Part shown: positions 20,840 to 31,761 of the stretch, in pieces | Numbering within the stretch: position 1 is the first letter of the stretch | Layout: every line of letters begins with the position of its first letter | From: Microcoleus sp. | Lineage (GTDB): Bacteria > Cyanobacteriota > Cyanobacteriia > Cyanobacteriales > Microcoleaceae | Direction: 5' to 3' | Assembly: GCA_052279835.1 (NCBI GenBank) | Contig: CP181291.1 | Location: 256,001-320,000 of the forward strand | DNA: 64,000 nucleotides | The notes under the pieces: model-generated | The model's database searches: none | Told to the model about the DNA's origin: nothing | The model's input: only the letters and a program-made list of their open reading frames with translations | Position numbers and translations under genes: made by a program

Positions 20840-20943
20840 ATCAAAATCCGTTAACCTCGAAACTACTCATCTCTCTATTCTCTTCCTCTGTGTCCTCTGC
20901 GCTCTCTGTGGTTAAATCATTCCGGTGCAGCCGGATTTGATAT
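20838..20943. repeat. MITE-like element abutting the GT start codon
   Basis: Terminal ATATCAAAATCCG / CGGATTTGATAT; internal CTCTGTGTCCTCTGCG also occurs inverted at ~3956-3971. Confidence 0.55.
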
Positions 20944-20995
20944 CATCCGTTTTTTTTTATAATAATTTTCCCATATATTCTAATTATTTTTAACC

Positions 20996-22159
20996 TCATG
21001 ATAACAACACTTTTCTAACTTTTTGCGCAATTTTTTGCCAATCAAAATTCAGAGAAGCATATTCATGACACGCTTCTCTAGAAGGCATCGGGACTTTTTT
21101 CAGTAACAGTTGTTCTAATCTATCAGCAATCGCTGTTGCTTCTATAGATGTAGTAATCAAATTGGGTGAAAACGGCTCTAAAATTTCCGGCATTCCACCG
21201 ACTGGAGTACATAGCGCTGGAGTGCCACAGGCGAGAGATTCTAGCACTGCTAATCCAAATCCTTCTAAAGATTGGCTCGGCATCACACTTAGATCCGCTG
21301 CTTGGTAAGCTATAGGCAATTGATCGTCTGGCAAAAAGCCGAGAAATTTAACGTTGTCATTGAGTCCCAAATCTGTTACTTGTTGCTGAAGATCTGCTTG
21401 TAATGGCCCTTTTCCGGCGATCGCCAACCAGATATCAGGAATTTGAGGTTTAATGGCGGCTACAGCCATCAACAGCTTATCGAGTCCCATTCGATGCACT
21501 AAGCGACGCGCTGTAAATAAAATCGGGCGATTTTGGGGCCAGTAGATCTGCGTGCGGGCTTCTGGGCGCGATCGGTCAATTTGAAATCGCGACAAATCTA
21601 CACCGCCCGGAATTACGTGAATTTTGCTCCACGGAACTTGATATTCTTGATGTAAAATATCACCAAATGCTTTGCTGAGGACAATAAAGCGATCGCACCG
21701 ATGATAAACTCTTTCTTCAACCCAATGCTTCAAAAAAACGCTTAGTTTACCAGCACCCTCCTGTTTACTTTCCAAAGCCCAAGGCCCGTGAAAGGAAAAA
21801 GTAACAGGAACTCCCCTAGGTAAAACCTGCAAAAGCGGAAAACTATATAGTGCGAAATGCAGATTAATCGCATCGGGTGTTGCAAATTTTCGCTTTATAA
21901 AATTGGAGCGAATCAACCAAAGCCGTTCCCATAGTCGAATATCTGGTTGTGCTAAATTAGTTAGTTTTAGGCCTGAGTTTAACTGATTTTCGGGTAGACC
22001 AATTCCACACAATTCAACTCGATCTTGACTGGCTGCTAGTTGATGCGTGAGCTCATATACATATCGATCCAGACCTCCCGGTGTTTTCGGAAACCATCCG
22101 ATGCCGACGCAAAGAATGTTTGCTGCTGTAGCAGCAGAATTACTGGTAGAGTTGTCCAT
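20996..22159 (-). CDS. GT4 glycosyltransferase (HepB-like)
   Basis: HGPWALES, RRLVHRMG and EGFGLAVLESLACG motifs. Confidence 0.88.
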   Translation of the reverse strand: MDNSTSNSAATAANILCVGIGWFPKTPGGLDRYVYELTHQLAASQDRVELCGIGLPENQLNSGLKLTNLAQPDIRLWERLWLIRSNFIKRKFATPDAINLHFALYSFPLLQVLPRGVPVTFSFHGPWALESKQEGAGKLSVFLKHWVEERVYHRCDRFIVLSKAFGDILHQEYQVPWSKIHVIPGGVDLSRFQIDRSRPEARTQIYWPQNRPILFTARRLVHRMGLDKLLMAVAAIKPQIPDIWLAIAGKGPLQADLQQQVTDLGLNDNVKFLGFLPDDQLPIAYQAADLSVMPSQSLEGFGLAVLESLACGTPALCTPVGGMPEILEPFSPNLITTSIEATAIADRLEQLLLKKVPMPSREACHEYASLNFDWQKIAQKVRKVLLS

Positions 22160-22237
22160 TTGGTTATTGGCAATGATAGGTTAAATTTACAATAACTGAG
22201 ACATCCCGATTATAGCTGTATATTACTCAGTCAGATT

Positions 22238-24475
22238 ATGAAGAATCGATTCCTGTTGCTAGTAAACAAATTATGGCAAAAACAGCGGTTATTCATCCAA
22301 AAACTGAATAACTCCCTGGATTATTTTAAGCCGATCGAGAACGATCGCCAATATCGGAGGATGAGTTTCCGTTCCCAGGCGATCGCAGGAGTCATCATCT
22401 CTACTTTAACCGCAATGTCTGTAACAGCACTGTCTGTAACTTCAAACCCTTTACCCAATATCTCCTACAGAACATCTTGGATCGGTAACACCTTTGGCGG
22501 TGGCAGTAAGTGGGTACAAAATCAAATCAGTGCCATGTACGTGGCAAGCGATGGCACTGTTTATACCAATAGCGTTTGGGATGAAGCGGGTAGAGAGGCA
22601 GGAATTTATAAAGATGGAGATGCGATCGGCTTTGCTAGTAATCTTCATGGATGGGAAAGAACAGGAGGAGAAGCAGTCACGGCAAATAGTAAATACCTTT
22701 ATATCGCCATGGCACAGGGGGCAATAGACATGATGCTCCCTCAAGATTATCCCCCCTCTAAAACAGAGTGGTATTGTGTGAGGCGCTACAACTTATCGGG
22801 AGAGCCTGCTCCCTTTGCAGGTGGGCGTGGTTATGATAAAAGTATGTTAATTGTTAGCACCTCCGGTCAAGTAACTGGATTAGCTAATGCTGGTAGCGAG
22901 CTTTATGTTAGCGATCGCAGCACCAATCGCATCCGCGTCTATGATAGCGAAACTATGAAAGAATTGCGGAGTTGGTCGATCGATCGCCCCAAACAAATAG
23001 CTGTAGATCCTCAAAGTAACCTATGGATTCTGCAAGCGAAAGATGCTACCAATCCTCCCAAGATTCTGCACTATTCCAAGACAGGAACCTTATTATCCCA
23101 GAAAATTACCGATGTTGTAGACCCTACAGCCGTAGCGATCGACCCTCAAGGTAGGCTATTAGTCACAGAAAACGGCCCCCGCCAACAAGTGCTGATTTAC
23201 GATATCTCAGGAACCCCTAAGTTAATAGGGACTTTTGGCACTCAAGGGGGCATTTATTCTGGCACTAAAGGAGAAGTTGGAGAACTTAAACTCAAAGGTT
23301 TAACAGGAGTGGGTACGGATCGAGCCGGGAATATCTACGTTAGCAATGATGGTTTTGGCGGTTCAGGAACCGACTTGAGAAAATTCTCGCCTATTGGAAA
23401 AATGCAGTGGCAATTATTGGGTTTGCAATTCGTCGATAATGCGGATGCCGATTCCGGTATAGATGGACTGGATGTGTTCACCAAACACGAACATTTCATG
23501 ATGGACTATAGTAAATCGAATGGACAGGAATGGACTTACAAAAGCTATACCGTCGATAAATTCCGCTACCCTGACGATCCGCGACTGCACAACGAAAACC
23601 ATTCGGCGGCTTCAGTTTTTGTCCGTCGAATTAAAGATCGACGTTTCTTATATCTCACAGGAATGTATGCCCATCAGTTAAGTGTCTACCGTTTTGATGG
23701 AGAAATTGCCGTTCCCAGCGCGATCTTTGCCAGAGATCATTCTACCTGGCCAACCAATCAACCAGCGACGGGAAGCTGGTTGTGGTATGACAAAAACGGA
23801 GATGGCTCAATTCAAAGCAATGAATATGAAAGTTTAGGTGCAGAAGATGATTCGATTTGGGGTTGGGAAGTTGATAGCAACGGGGATGTTTGGCAAGCAT
23901 CTGAGTCTGGGACGATCTGGCATTATCCTGTTCAAGGATTAGATAGCTATGGCACTCCCATCTACAATGCTGCCACTTCCGAAAAAACACCGATGCCAGC
24001 ACCTTTTAAGAGCTTAACCAGGATTAAATATTTCCCCGAAACCGATACCATGTATCTAACAGGTTATACCAATGAGCGTCAGCATACTGGCAAAGAATGG
24101 GGCATCGTAGGCACGGAGATTGTACGCTATGATAATTGGAGCAAAAGTGGGAATATTCGCTGGCGTTTAGCTCTTCCCTATCAGCCTTCAGATAACCCTG
24201 ACCCTGGCGCCAAGTCTTTTACAGTTATTAAGGCGATCGACATAGCAGGTGACAGAATTTTTGCCGTTAGTTCTCAAACAGCCGAGGTGTATGTTTTCGA
24301 TACAGCAACGGGAAGCTCGATCGATCGGTTAAAACCGGGTATCGAGGTAGGAGGTGAAAGCGGTTGGGTAGATATCCCCTATGGATTAAGAGCTTTTCAG
24401 AGAAGCAATGGTGAGTATTTGGTATTTGTAGAAGAAGATGCCAAAGCCAAAGTGATTCTGTATCGAGTCAGATAA
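22238..24475 (+). CDS. Exported beta-propeller (NHL/SMP-30-like repeat) protein
   Basis: Hydrophobic leader and repeated P..IAVDPQ.NL/GRL and GVGTDRAGNIYV blades. Confidence 0.65.
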   Translation: MKNRFLLLVNKLWQKQRLFIQKLNNSLDYFKPIENDRQYRRMSFRSQAIAGVIISTLTAMSVTALSVTSNPLPNISYRTSWIGNTFGGGSKWVQNQISAMYVASDGTVYTNSVWDEAGREAGIYKDGDAIGFASNLHGWERTGGEAVTANSKYLYIAMAQGAIDMMLPQDYPPSKTEWYCVRRYNLSGEPAPFAGGRGYDKSMLIVSTSGQVTGLANAGSELYVSDRSTNRIRVYDSETMKELRSWSIDRPKQIAVDPQSNLWILQAKDATNPPKILHYSKTGTLLSQKITDVVDPTAVAIDPQGRLLVTENGPRQQVLIYDISGTPKLIGTFGTQGGIYSGTKGEVGELKLKGLTGVGTDRAGNIYVSNDGFGGSGTDLRKFSPIGKMQWQLLGLQFVDNADADSGIDGLDVFTKHEHFMMDYSKSNGQEWTYKSYTVDKFRYPDDPRLHNENHSAASVFVRRIKDRRFLYLTGMYAHQLSVYRFDGEIAVPSAIFARDHSTWPTNQPATGSWLWYDKNGDGSIQSNEYESLGAEDDSIWGWEVDSNGDVWQASESGTIWHYPVQGLDSYGTPIYNAATSEKTPMPAPFKSLTRIKYFPETDTMYLTGYTNERQHTGKEWGIVGTEIVRYDNWSKSGNIRWRLALPYQPSDNPDPGAKSFTVIKAIDIAGDRIFAVSSQTAEVYVFDTATGSSIDRLKPGIEVGGESGWVDIPYGLRAFQRSNGEYLVFVEEDAKAKVILYRVR

Positions 24476-24665
24476 AGAGAATGAACCAGTTTCCGGACGC
24501 ATCAAACTAAAGCAACCGCATTTTTTACCGATGTTCGAGGTTGCAATCCAATATTTTCGTAAAAAAAACCGGTTACTGCGTCCGGGACTATAAACGATCG
24601 CGCAATCTTACAAAATTTCAGTACAGAAAACACCCTAATTTCACATTAACTCAAACTGGAAAACT

Positions 24666-25856
24666 TTATTTGGTTTCCATACCGGAACATTCACAATACA
24701 ACTTTTCCGTCTTCTCAACCATCAATTCTCGATCGAATGCCACGGAGGCAAACTCTAAACAGTGTTTGTTCATTTGCAAGCGAAAATCCTTGTTTGCAAG
24801 CTTTTGGATGGCTTTTGATAAAGCCTCTGGATCGTCAAAGGGAACGATATAACCTGTTTTTCCATCTTCAATCTGATCCCGAGCTCCTCCGCCTTCTGTC
24901 CGAATGGTAACTGTTCCGCAACTCATCGCTTCGGCCACTACCAGAGGACAGCCTTCTGAGCGACTCGGTAGCACAAAAATGTCTGAGGCCCAATACACTT
25001 CCCGCAGCTCGTCCACATACCCCAAAAAGATAAAGGAACGCGAATCATCATCACTAACAAAGGCATATTCTTTAATCTCCTGCTCCTGATGGCCGCCACC
25101 TACAAATAAACACTTCAAAGGCATTTCAGGAACAGCATTTCTCGCTTGTCTAACGGCATCAATCAAAAGATCGTGACCCTTATTCCAATTGAGTCTGCCT
25201 ACCAGAGAACATACCAGGTCTTTTTCTTCTAATCCAAACTTTTTGCGTGCATTTTCTCGCTCTTCTGGACTGGGAGGACGAAAATATTTCGTATCGATCC
25301 CATTTACAATTTTGCGGACTTTACTTTTGTCAAAACTCAAATCTTTTATCAAAAATCTTTCAATATCTGAAGAGATGGCAATAAATACTTTTGGGGCAAA
25401 TAGCTTCAAAAATATGAAGTATTTTGTGGTTTGCGGTCGCAATACGGCATCTTTAAGTAGGGTCGGGTCTTCACCGTGTACTGATGGATGAAATGTAGCA
25501 ACACAATCTATGCCAGTGAGGATTTTGAGGATGCGGCCCAGAAGCAACATCCCGTATCCGTGTGCGTGAAATAGGGAAATATCGTATTTTTTTACGAGTT
25601 CCAAGATCCGAGTAATATTACCCCAACTGGGAAAAAGAGGTTTCAGATCTTCAAAAATTATCCACTCTTCTGATAAGTCTTTGAGTGCTTGAAAGCGGCT
25701 GACAAAACCTGCATTATAATTCACAGGTCCCGTAATCAGAATTACCTTCCACCCAAGCGCTTTTAAACCGCGAATCATAGTCTCGCAATGGGAGGCAACC
25801 CCATCATTACAATCGACACGCTTTAATAGAAAACCTACTGTTTTTTGTTTTTCCAT
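24666..25856 (-). CDS. GT4 glycosyltransferase
   Basis: GRL..NKGHD and PSRSEGCPLVVAEAM motifs. Confidence 0.9.
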   Translation of the reverse strand: MEKQKTVGFLLKRVDCNDGVASHCETMIRGLKALGWKVILITGPVNYNAGFVSRFQALKDLSEEWIIFEDLKPLFPSWGNITRILELVKKYDISLFHAHGYGMLLLGRILKILTGIDCVATFHPSVHGEDPTLLKDAVLRPQTTKYFIFLKLFAPKVFIAISSDIERFLIKDLSFDKSKVRKIVNGIDTKYFRPPSPEERENARKKFGLEEKDLVCSLVGRLNWNKGHDLLIDAVRQARNAVPEMPLKCLFVGGGHQEQEIKEYAFVSDDDSRSFIFLGYVDELREVYWASDIFVLPSRSEGCPLVVAEAMSCGTVTIRTEGGGARDQIEDGKTGYIVPFDDPEALSKAIQKLANKDFRLQMNKHCLEFASVAFDRELMVEKTEKLYCECSGMETK

Positions 25857-26155
25857 TTTCTGTTCTTGACCTCATAAAGTGTTACTTCGGAGAATTTTTT
25901 TTGATTGATTACTGGTGGTTTTTTCAAAAATTTTACAATCGTTAATTATAAATATTACCACAACTAAGAATCAAACACAAGGTTTTTTTAAATAAATTTG
26001 TGGAATCGTTTTTTTTTGACAAGTTAGATTTTTTTGCGGTAAAAATTAGTTCGTGAATGTAACTCATATTATTTTTTTCACTTAAATTAAAAAATATCTA
26101 CATTTTTTTAATTTTTATCTAAAATTTGTTGGTCTTGAAACTTAAAAATTTTATC

Positions 26156-27559
26156 TCATTTAAATCCGGCAATCCGTTGATGCTGGTAGTGCTTATTAGC
26201 TGCCATCCCTAGACCCAAAAATCCCCAGAAAACCATGCCAGAAATACCAACGATCACATTTGAACCAGCTAGCATCGGCAGGAACCCCACAACAATAGCA
26301 CGAGCTGCACTGGCAAACGGATCTGACTTAGGCTTAGAGCCTTGGAACAGGCTATAAAAAATTAGGAATATCCCACTTATATAGGGAATAGCTCCCATCC
26401 AGCCCAAGGTAAGAAGTAGTTCGATAATTCCACTGTCTATCGGCTGAAGAGTTCCATTTCCCTTACCAATAACCTCACTCAACGCCAAATCTAGTGTTCT
26501 GCCGTAGAGTTCTGCTCTGTCCTTTGCACTCTGATCGTCTTTAACGTTAGACAAACTGGTTATCCGAGACTGAATGACTTGCGAAAATGGCTCGACTGTG
26601 GACAATGGAACCATACATAGAACGATCGTCAGGATAAAAGCAATTAAACGAATCTGAAAACCCCCTTTTAAAGAACTTATCAGGGTAATTAAGGCTATTA
26701 TCAACCCTCCCCAAACTGTCCGTACCGATGTTAGAAGGACAGACAAAATGCCAACTGCTAAACCAGGAATACGCAAAGTCCCTTGACCAATAAATAGTAA
26801 GATATTCCCCGCTAGCATTACTATTCCAAACTGTAAGGGCGCATTCATTGTACTCCACACTCGAAGCCCCAGGGGTTCTGGTTTTCCCATACTTGTATAT
26901 AGTTTGGTCTGTATCAGCCAGAAACGATCCCACTCAGGTGCAACTAAGTATTGATAAACGCCATAAGTTGCTGTCACTAATACACACCAAAGAAAAGTGC
27001 GCTGAATATTGTCGCGATAGCTGGGATAATCTTGCCAGTTTACAAATAAATGGTAACCAAATAGAATCGGGCTTACCCAAGCCATAAGAGAGATAATCGC
27101 CGGCACAGGTAATCCATTAATCATACCAACCAGAAAACCATAAAATACACCAATAGCAGAGAACACAAAGGGTAAGCTACCTTGTTCGCGTGCTTTAGGA
27201 AGGTTTCGGTAGAAAGTTACAATAGCGATCGTTGCCACCAGTGGGGGGGCTAATAACATGGGACTAGGATCGGTAAACCCACTGCGAAAATCCGATACAC
27301 GGCGAATAAAAGGTGTGAGGAAAAACACCCACCAAGTGAAACCTACATAGAGGATGGGATACCGCAAAAATAGGAACAGGCCGACGGCAAAAGAACCCGC
27401 CGGAAAGATGAGGTTTAGAACCTTGCCAAGACCTGCTGCAAGGCATAAGGCAGTAATCAGTAATAATCCCATGATTGCCATCCAAGCTGCCTGCGGTTCC
27501 AGTGTCAGAGAGAAGCCCTGTTTGCGAGAGTTATTCGGAATTCCCTGTATTTGACTCAT
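26156..27559 (-). CDS. O-antigen ligase/Wzy-like polysaccharide polymerase
   Basis: About 11 TM segments, RVWSTMN, a periplasmic loop, and EPS cluster context. Confidence 0.78.
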   Translation of the reverse strand: MSQIQGIPNNSRKQGFSLTLEPQAAWMAIMGLLLITALCLAAGLGKVLNLIFPAGSFAVGLFLFLRYPILYVGFTWWVFFLTPFIRRVSDFRSGFTDPSPMLLAPPLVATIAIVTFYRNLPKAREQGSLPFVFSAIGVFYGFLVGMINGLPVPAIISLMAWVSPILFGYHLFVNWQDYPSYRDNIQRTFLWCVLVTATYGVYQYLVAPEWDRFWLIQTKLYTSMGKPEPLGLRVWSTMNAPLQFGIVMLAGNILLFIGQGTLRIPGLAVGILSVLLTSVRTVWGGLIIALITLISSLKGGFQIRLIAFILTIVLCMVPLSTVEPFSQVIQSRITSLSNVKDDQSAKDRAELYGRTLDLALSEVIGKGNGTLQPIDSGIIELLLTLGWMGAIPYISGIFLIFYSLFQGSKPKSDPFASAARAIVVGFLPMLAGSNVIVGISGMVFWGFLGLGMAANKHYQHQRIAGFK

Positions 27560-27682
27560 TACTTGTTTAGGTTGGGTAAATATTTAACTAGATATTAAGT
27601 TTTAAATTTTAGCTTTTAGGAAGGTTTAACTAGGTTTTAGGTAGGAATAATTTTATTCCCTAGCACCTAACACTTGACATTT

Positions 27683-28612
27683 TTATTTTGACTGTTGCCA
27701 GGTCTCCCAAGCTTGCGAACGTCCACGTAGAGATGCTACTAATTTCTGTCCCGCTAAGCTTCCTTCTTTAGGTAGGAATCGTAACCATTGTAATAAACCA
27801 GGGGCATCTCGTGTTCCCACCAATGTTGCCCAAAATACAAATGCAGTACGTCGAGTCGATGGTAGATTTTCTAACAAAACTAAAGTTTCATTGTGTACGG
27901 CATTGAGCAAGGCAATGTCATTGAATTTATTGCGTTGATCTTCGTCAAAACGTTGTGCAGGAAAGTGATCGACTGCTACTTTGGGGTCATAGATTAGCTT
28001 CCAGCCTGCCCGTTTCAAGGCTAGACTAAATGCTAGTTCAAAGTGTACTTGCGCGCCAGTACCTCGCATCCGGGGATCGAAGTGCATTTGAGCGATCGCA
28101 CTCCTGCGAAAACTCATGTTTACACCCTTAATCACATCTACCTCGCGGGCTTCTCCCACTCCTAAATGATGTCCGCCGATCACTCTGCCAAACCACTGGA
28201 CTTGTCCTACTATTTCGCGTTCCCCCTCTTCTAACTTAGTGCCGTGATACACCCAATCCCGCCCCCCAACACCACCAATATTGCTATCTGATAAAAAGTG
28301 AGCCTCCATGCGTTCCAGCCAATCGGTGTGAGGTGCGGCATCATCATCAGTAAAAGCGATGATATCCCCACAAGCGGCATCCATCCCTACATTCATGGCG
28401 GCTACAACACCAGATACTTTCACTGTGGCAGTTCGCAGTGGCAAAAATTCAGGGTTAAATGTTTGGATAAATGCCTGAGTTTCAATATCCGTATCTCGAA
28501 CTACTACTAAGACTTCATCAGCAGGACGTTTTTGCTGTTTGAGTGCGTCTAAGCAGCGTGCTAAATCTTTCGGGCGACAGTAACTGGGAATGACAATAGA
28601 AATCTTTAGCAC
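27683..28612 (-). CDS. GT2 glycosyltransferase
   Basis: IPSYCR, FTDDDA and GVNMSFRR motifs. Confidence 0.9.
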   Translation of the reverse strand: MLKISIVIPSYCRPKDLARCLDALKQQKRPADEVLVVVRDTDIETQAFIQTFNPEFLPLRTATVKVSGVVAAMNVGMDAACGDIIAFTDDDAAPHTDWLERMEAHFLSDSNIGGVGGRDWVYHGTKLEEGEREIVGQVQWFGRVIGGHHLGVGEAREVDVIKGVNMSFRRSAIAQMHFDPRMRGTGAQVHFELAFSLALKRAGWKLIYDPKVAVDHFPAQRFDEDQRNKFNDIALLNAVHNETLVLLENLPSTRRTAFVFWATLVGTRDAPGLLQWLRFLPKEGSLAGQKLVASLRGRSQAWETWQQSK

Positions 28613-29733
28613 GGTTTTAGTTCCTCAAATAAATTAACATAATTACTTGCCATATTAGCCCAACTATGATGTTCGGCTATGGCTCTGGCTACTTGACCCA
28701 TTTGTTGTCTTTGTTGCCGATCGCATTTAACTAATTGATTCAACGCTTCAGCTAAAGCCTGTGTATCTTCTGAGTCTGGCAAAACTACCCCACAATCAGG
28801 TGTCACCAACTCCGCCGCCCCCGTTGTAGCAGCCGTAATCACGGGTATTCCTGTCGCCATCGCTTCCAGTACCACTAAACCAAAAGGCTCATAACGGGAC
28901 GGAAAAACTAAAAAATCTGCTGCTTTCATCAAGTTGGGGACATCTTGCCGGAATCCCAGAAAATGCACCCGATTTTCTAATTTTAAATATCGCGCTAACT
29001 CAGGATAGGGACTACCTGCGGTTCCACCCACAACTGCGAGGTGCAATTGGGGAACTTGCACTAAGGAATGGAGGACTGTATCCAAGTTTTTCCGAGGTGT
29101 GCGGATATCTCCAGCAAATAGCGCCAGAGGCACTTCCTCTGGTAAACCCCATTTTTGCCGATCGACCATACCGGGAGCAAATTCTTGTAGATCAATGCCA
29201 TTTAAGATCGTCCGAATGCGATCGCGTGGAACACCGATCGCCATTAATTCTTGGGCTACTTTCTCAGAAACGGCTACTACGACTTTTGCGCGATCGAAGG
29301 CTTTGTGTTCCCAATTAGCATTTAAGGCAGTGTAAAGCCGCTGATAAGTGCCACGCAAGCTCAGATTTTGTGCTGAGAGATTGAAGGGCGATCGCAACCA
29401 GGAACTATGGACAAAATGCACTGCATTCACATCTGCCCTAGCTGAAGTAATAGCACCATTGAGTTTGATTAAGTCGAATTCTTTTTGCTGTTTATTTAAC
29501 CACCAAGCACTTTGAGTAGAGAAAGCCATTTCGCGAACAAGTTGCAATGGATATCCTTTAACTGGAATCGGAATCCAATTGACTTGACTATTTTGTTGCA
29601 GTGCCGAATCTACACTACTTGCTAACAAAGTAACATGATGACCGCGCCGAATCGCTTCCCAGGCAACCTCATAGTTTACCCGTCCTTGACCGTCGCCTTT
29701 CATGACTTTGTGTGTAACGAGGCAAAGCTTCAT
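28606..29733 (-). CDS. GT4 glycosyltransferase
   Basis: PSRYEPFGLVVLEAMA motif. Confidence 0.92.
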   Translation of the reverse strand: MKLCLVTHKVMKGDGQGRVNYEVAWEAIRRGHHVTLLASSVDSALQQNSQVNWIPIPVKGYPLQLVREMAFSTQSAWWLNKQQKEFDLIKLNGAITSARADVNAVHFVHSSWLRSPFNLSAQNLSLRGTYQRLYTALNANWEHKAFDRAKVVVAVSEKVAQELMAIGVPRDRIRTILNGIDLQEFAPGMVDRQKWGLPEEVPLALFAGDIRTPRKNLDTVLHSLVQVPQLHLAVVGGTAGSPYPELARYLKLENRVHFLGFRQDVPNLMKAADFLVFPSRYEPFGLVVLEAMATGIPVITAATTGAAELVTPDCGVVLPDSEDTQALAEALNQLVKCDRQQRQQMGQVARAIAEHHSWANMASNYVNLFEELKPC

Positions 29734-30875
29734 CTAATACCTCTTTTCTGAGACAAAGCAGCTTCATAGAAAGCCTGATTATCGCGAGCAATCCGTTGCC
29801 AACTATACTTTTGTGCCGTAGCATAGGCATTACGGCGCAATTTTTCCAGGTACGGGCGGTCTGTAATTAAACGCTCCAAAGCTTGCTCGATCGCCTGACT
29901 GTCACGCGGCGGAACTAAAATGCCATTATCTCGATCGCGCACTACTTCCATCGGCCCTGGAGTTGTGGTAGTGACAGGGGCTAAACCGGAAGCCATAGCA
30001 TCCATCAGGGCAACGCTAAAACCTTCCGAGAGGGTAGGAAAAAGCTTGATATGATGTCCGCGTAAAAGTTCTGGCGTAGTTTCATGTTGGTAGCGTGGCA
30101 CAACTCGAATGCGATCGCGTACAGATGGCTCGAAATCTGCATGAACCTGCGCTTCTGGACAGCAAGTCCCCACAAAACTCACCTCTACTTGGGGATAACG
30201 GGCAAGAATTTTATTTAATGCCGGAACACCATAATGAATACCTTTACGAGGGATATAAGTTGCCAATAAGGCGATGCGAATAACTGAATCTTCTGCTTCT
30301 GGCGTTGGCTCAAAATCCAGATTGAGAAAAGCCTCTGGAATTCCATTAGCTAAAATACGAGTCCGCCCAAAATCAACCCCTAATTTTTCAACAGCATACT
30401 CTAAATCACGCCGATTACTGAATAAGCTCAAATCTGCATCCCGCAGAGAATTGGCCACTTCCCAGAGTCGGAAACCTCCATGATAGAGCGGATATTTCCA
30501 ACTCAAGTTTAAGTTGCCAACGCGGGCTTCTTCTAAGTTTTCCAAATGCATAATATGCTCAAGACCGTGACTCCGCGTTACCAAAGCCGGACTATTAGAG
30601 GTACGACGCATTTTTGCCCACACCCAGGCATCTCCAGTTGAAGCATCTACAACATCAACACCTTGTTTTTGGGAGAGTGCCAATATGTGACTAGCCACAA
30701 ATTCAGGAAACATCATCGACTCTAGCATTTCTGGCAATTTGTGTGGCAGATTATCAAAAGAGTAATACTCTACTTCATGACCCAGCTTTTGATATTCCTG
30801 ACCTAGTTTCCATGTTACTCCCGGAGCGCCAGAATTGGGGTCTAGATTGTGATGAATCGTGAGTAAGATTTTCAT
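29730..30875 (-). CDS. GT4 glycosyltransferase
   Basis: RKG and EGFSVALMDAMASG motifs. Confidence 0.9.
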   Translation of the reverse strand: MKILLTIHHNLDPNSGAPGVTWKLGQEYQKLGHEVEYYSFDNLPHKLPEMLESMMFPEFVASHILALSQKQGVDVVDASTGDAWVWAKMRRTSNSPALVTRSHGLEHIMHLENLEEARVGNLNLSWKYPLYHGGFRLWEVANSLRDADLSLFSNRRDLEYAVEKLGVDFGRTRILANGIPEAFLNLDFEPTPEAEDSVIRIALLATYIPRKGIHYGVPALNKILARYPQVEVSFVGTCCPEAQVHADFEPSVRDRIRVVPRYQHETTPELLRGHHIKLFPTLSEGFSVALMDAMASGLAPVTTTTPGPMEVVRDRDNGILVPPRDSQAIEQALERLITDRPYLEKLRRNAYATAQKYSWQRIARDNQAFYEAALSQKRGIR

Positions 30876-30900
30876 AAATTTAAAGTCGGTGATTGCTGTT

Positions 30901-31761
30901 TTATGAACTAGAATTTCTAAAACGGCGAAGATATATCCAGATTAGTGGAACACCGACGAGCAACTCGATGAACCAAACACAGGACGATTTTAGCTTTCGA
31001 TCTCGTAAAAAACGCAGGAGACATGAAAGACTATACTTGAATTGGAACCAGGTTAAACCCAAAACATCCTCAGAAGAGCCAAAGAATTTTCTATGTTTAT
31101 TCATATGATAGGCTGTAGCGATTGAACGCTTTGGTATCCTAGCTATAGCCTCTTTCAAAGTCGTTCTTTCTACCGGATGAAAAACAATAGCTTCAGGGAC
31201 AAAAAGGATTGTAGTATGTAGGGAAACCCGCTCTTTTAAATCTACATCCTCATGGCAAGCATAAGGGTAGTTAGGATCAAACCCTGCCACTTTTTCAAAC
31301 AATGAGCGATGAATAGCTATGTTTGCAGACCAGAAACACCCACCATAAAGGTTGATAGGGCATGAATTTAAATCTTGGTTCTCGTAGTCTCCCAAGGGAT
31401 GAATAGCACCCTCTAGAGCCAAAGCCGATCCTTTGGTCGAAGCTACAAAAGCACTCAACCAATCTGGTTCTGGTAAACAATCGTCATCTGTAAAAGCCAA
31501 CCATTCACTCTGAGCATATTTTGCTCCATTATTTCTATTAACTGCTGGTCCTTTGCGAGGAGCAGCAACCCATTTCACCCAGGGATAATCGTCACGAACC
31601 ATCTCCTCAGCCGTTGTTTTAGAGCCATCATCGGTAACTATTACTTCATACTGCTCTGCTGGTAATATCTGAACCCCAGGCTTTAGGCAATCCAAACATT
31701 TCCTCAGCAATTCATTGCGGTGGTAGGTGGGAATAACAACACTAATCTTGATTTGGCTCAT
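30901..31761 (-). CDS. GT2 glycosyltransferase
   Basis: IPTY, DDGS, FTDDDC and GFDP..EDVD motifs. Confidence 0.9.
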   Translation of the reverse strand: MSQIKISVVIPTYHRNELLRKCLDCLKPGVQILPAEQYEVIVTDDGSKTTAEEMVRDDYPWVKWVAAPRKGPAVNRNNGAKYAQSEWLAFTDDDCLPEPDWLSAFVASTKGSALALEGAIHPLGDYENQDLNSCPINLYGGCFWSANIAIHRSLFEKVAGFDPNYPYACHEDVDLKERVSLHTTILFVPEAIVFHPVERTTLKEAIARIPKRSIATAYHMNKHRKFFGSSEDVLGLTWFQFKYSLSCLLRFLRDRKLKSSCVWFIELLVGVPLIWIYLRRFRNSSS

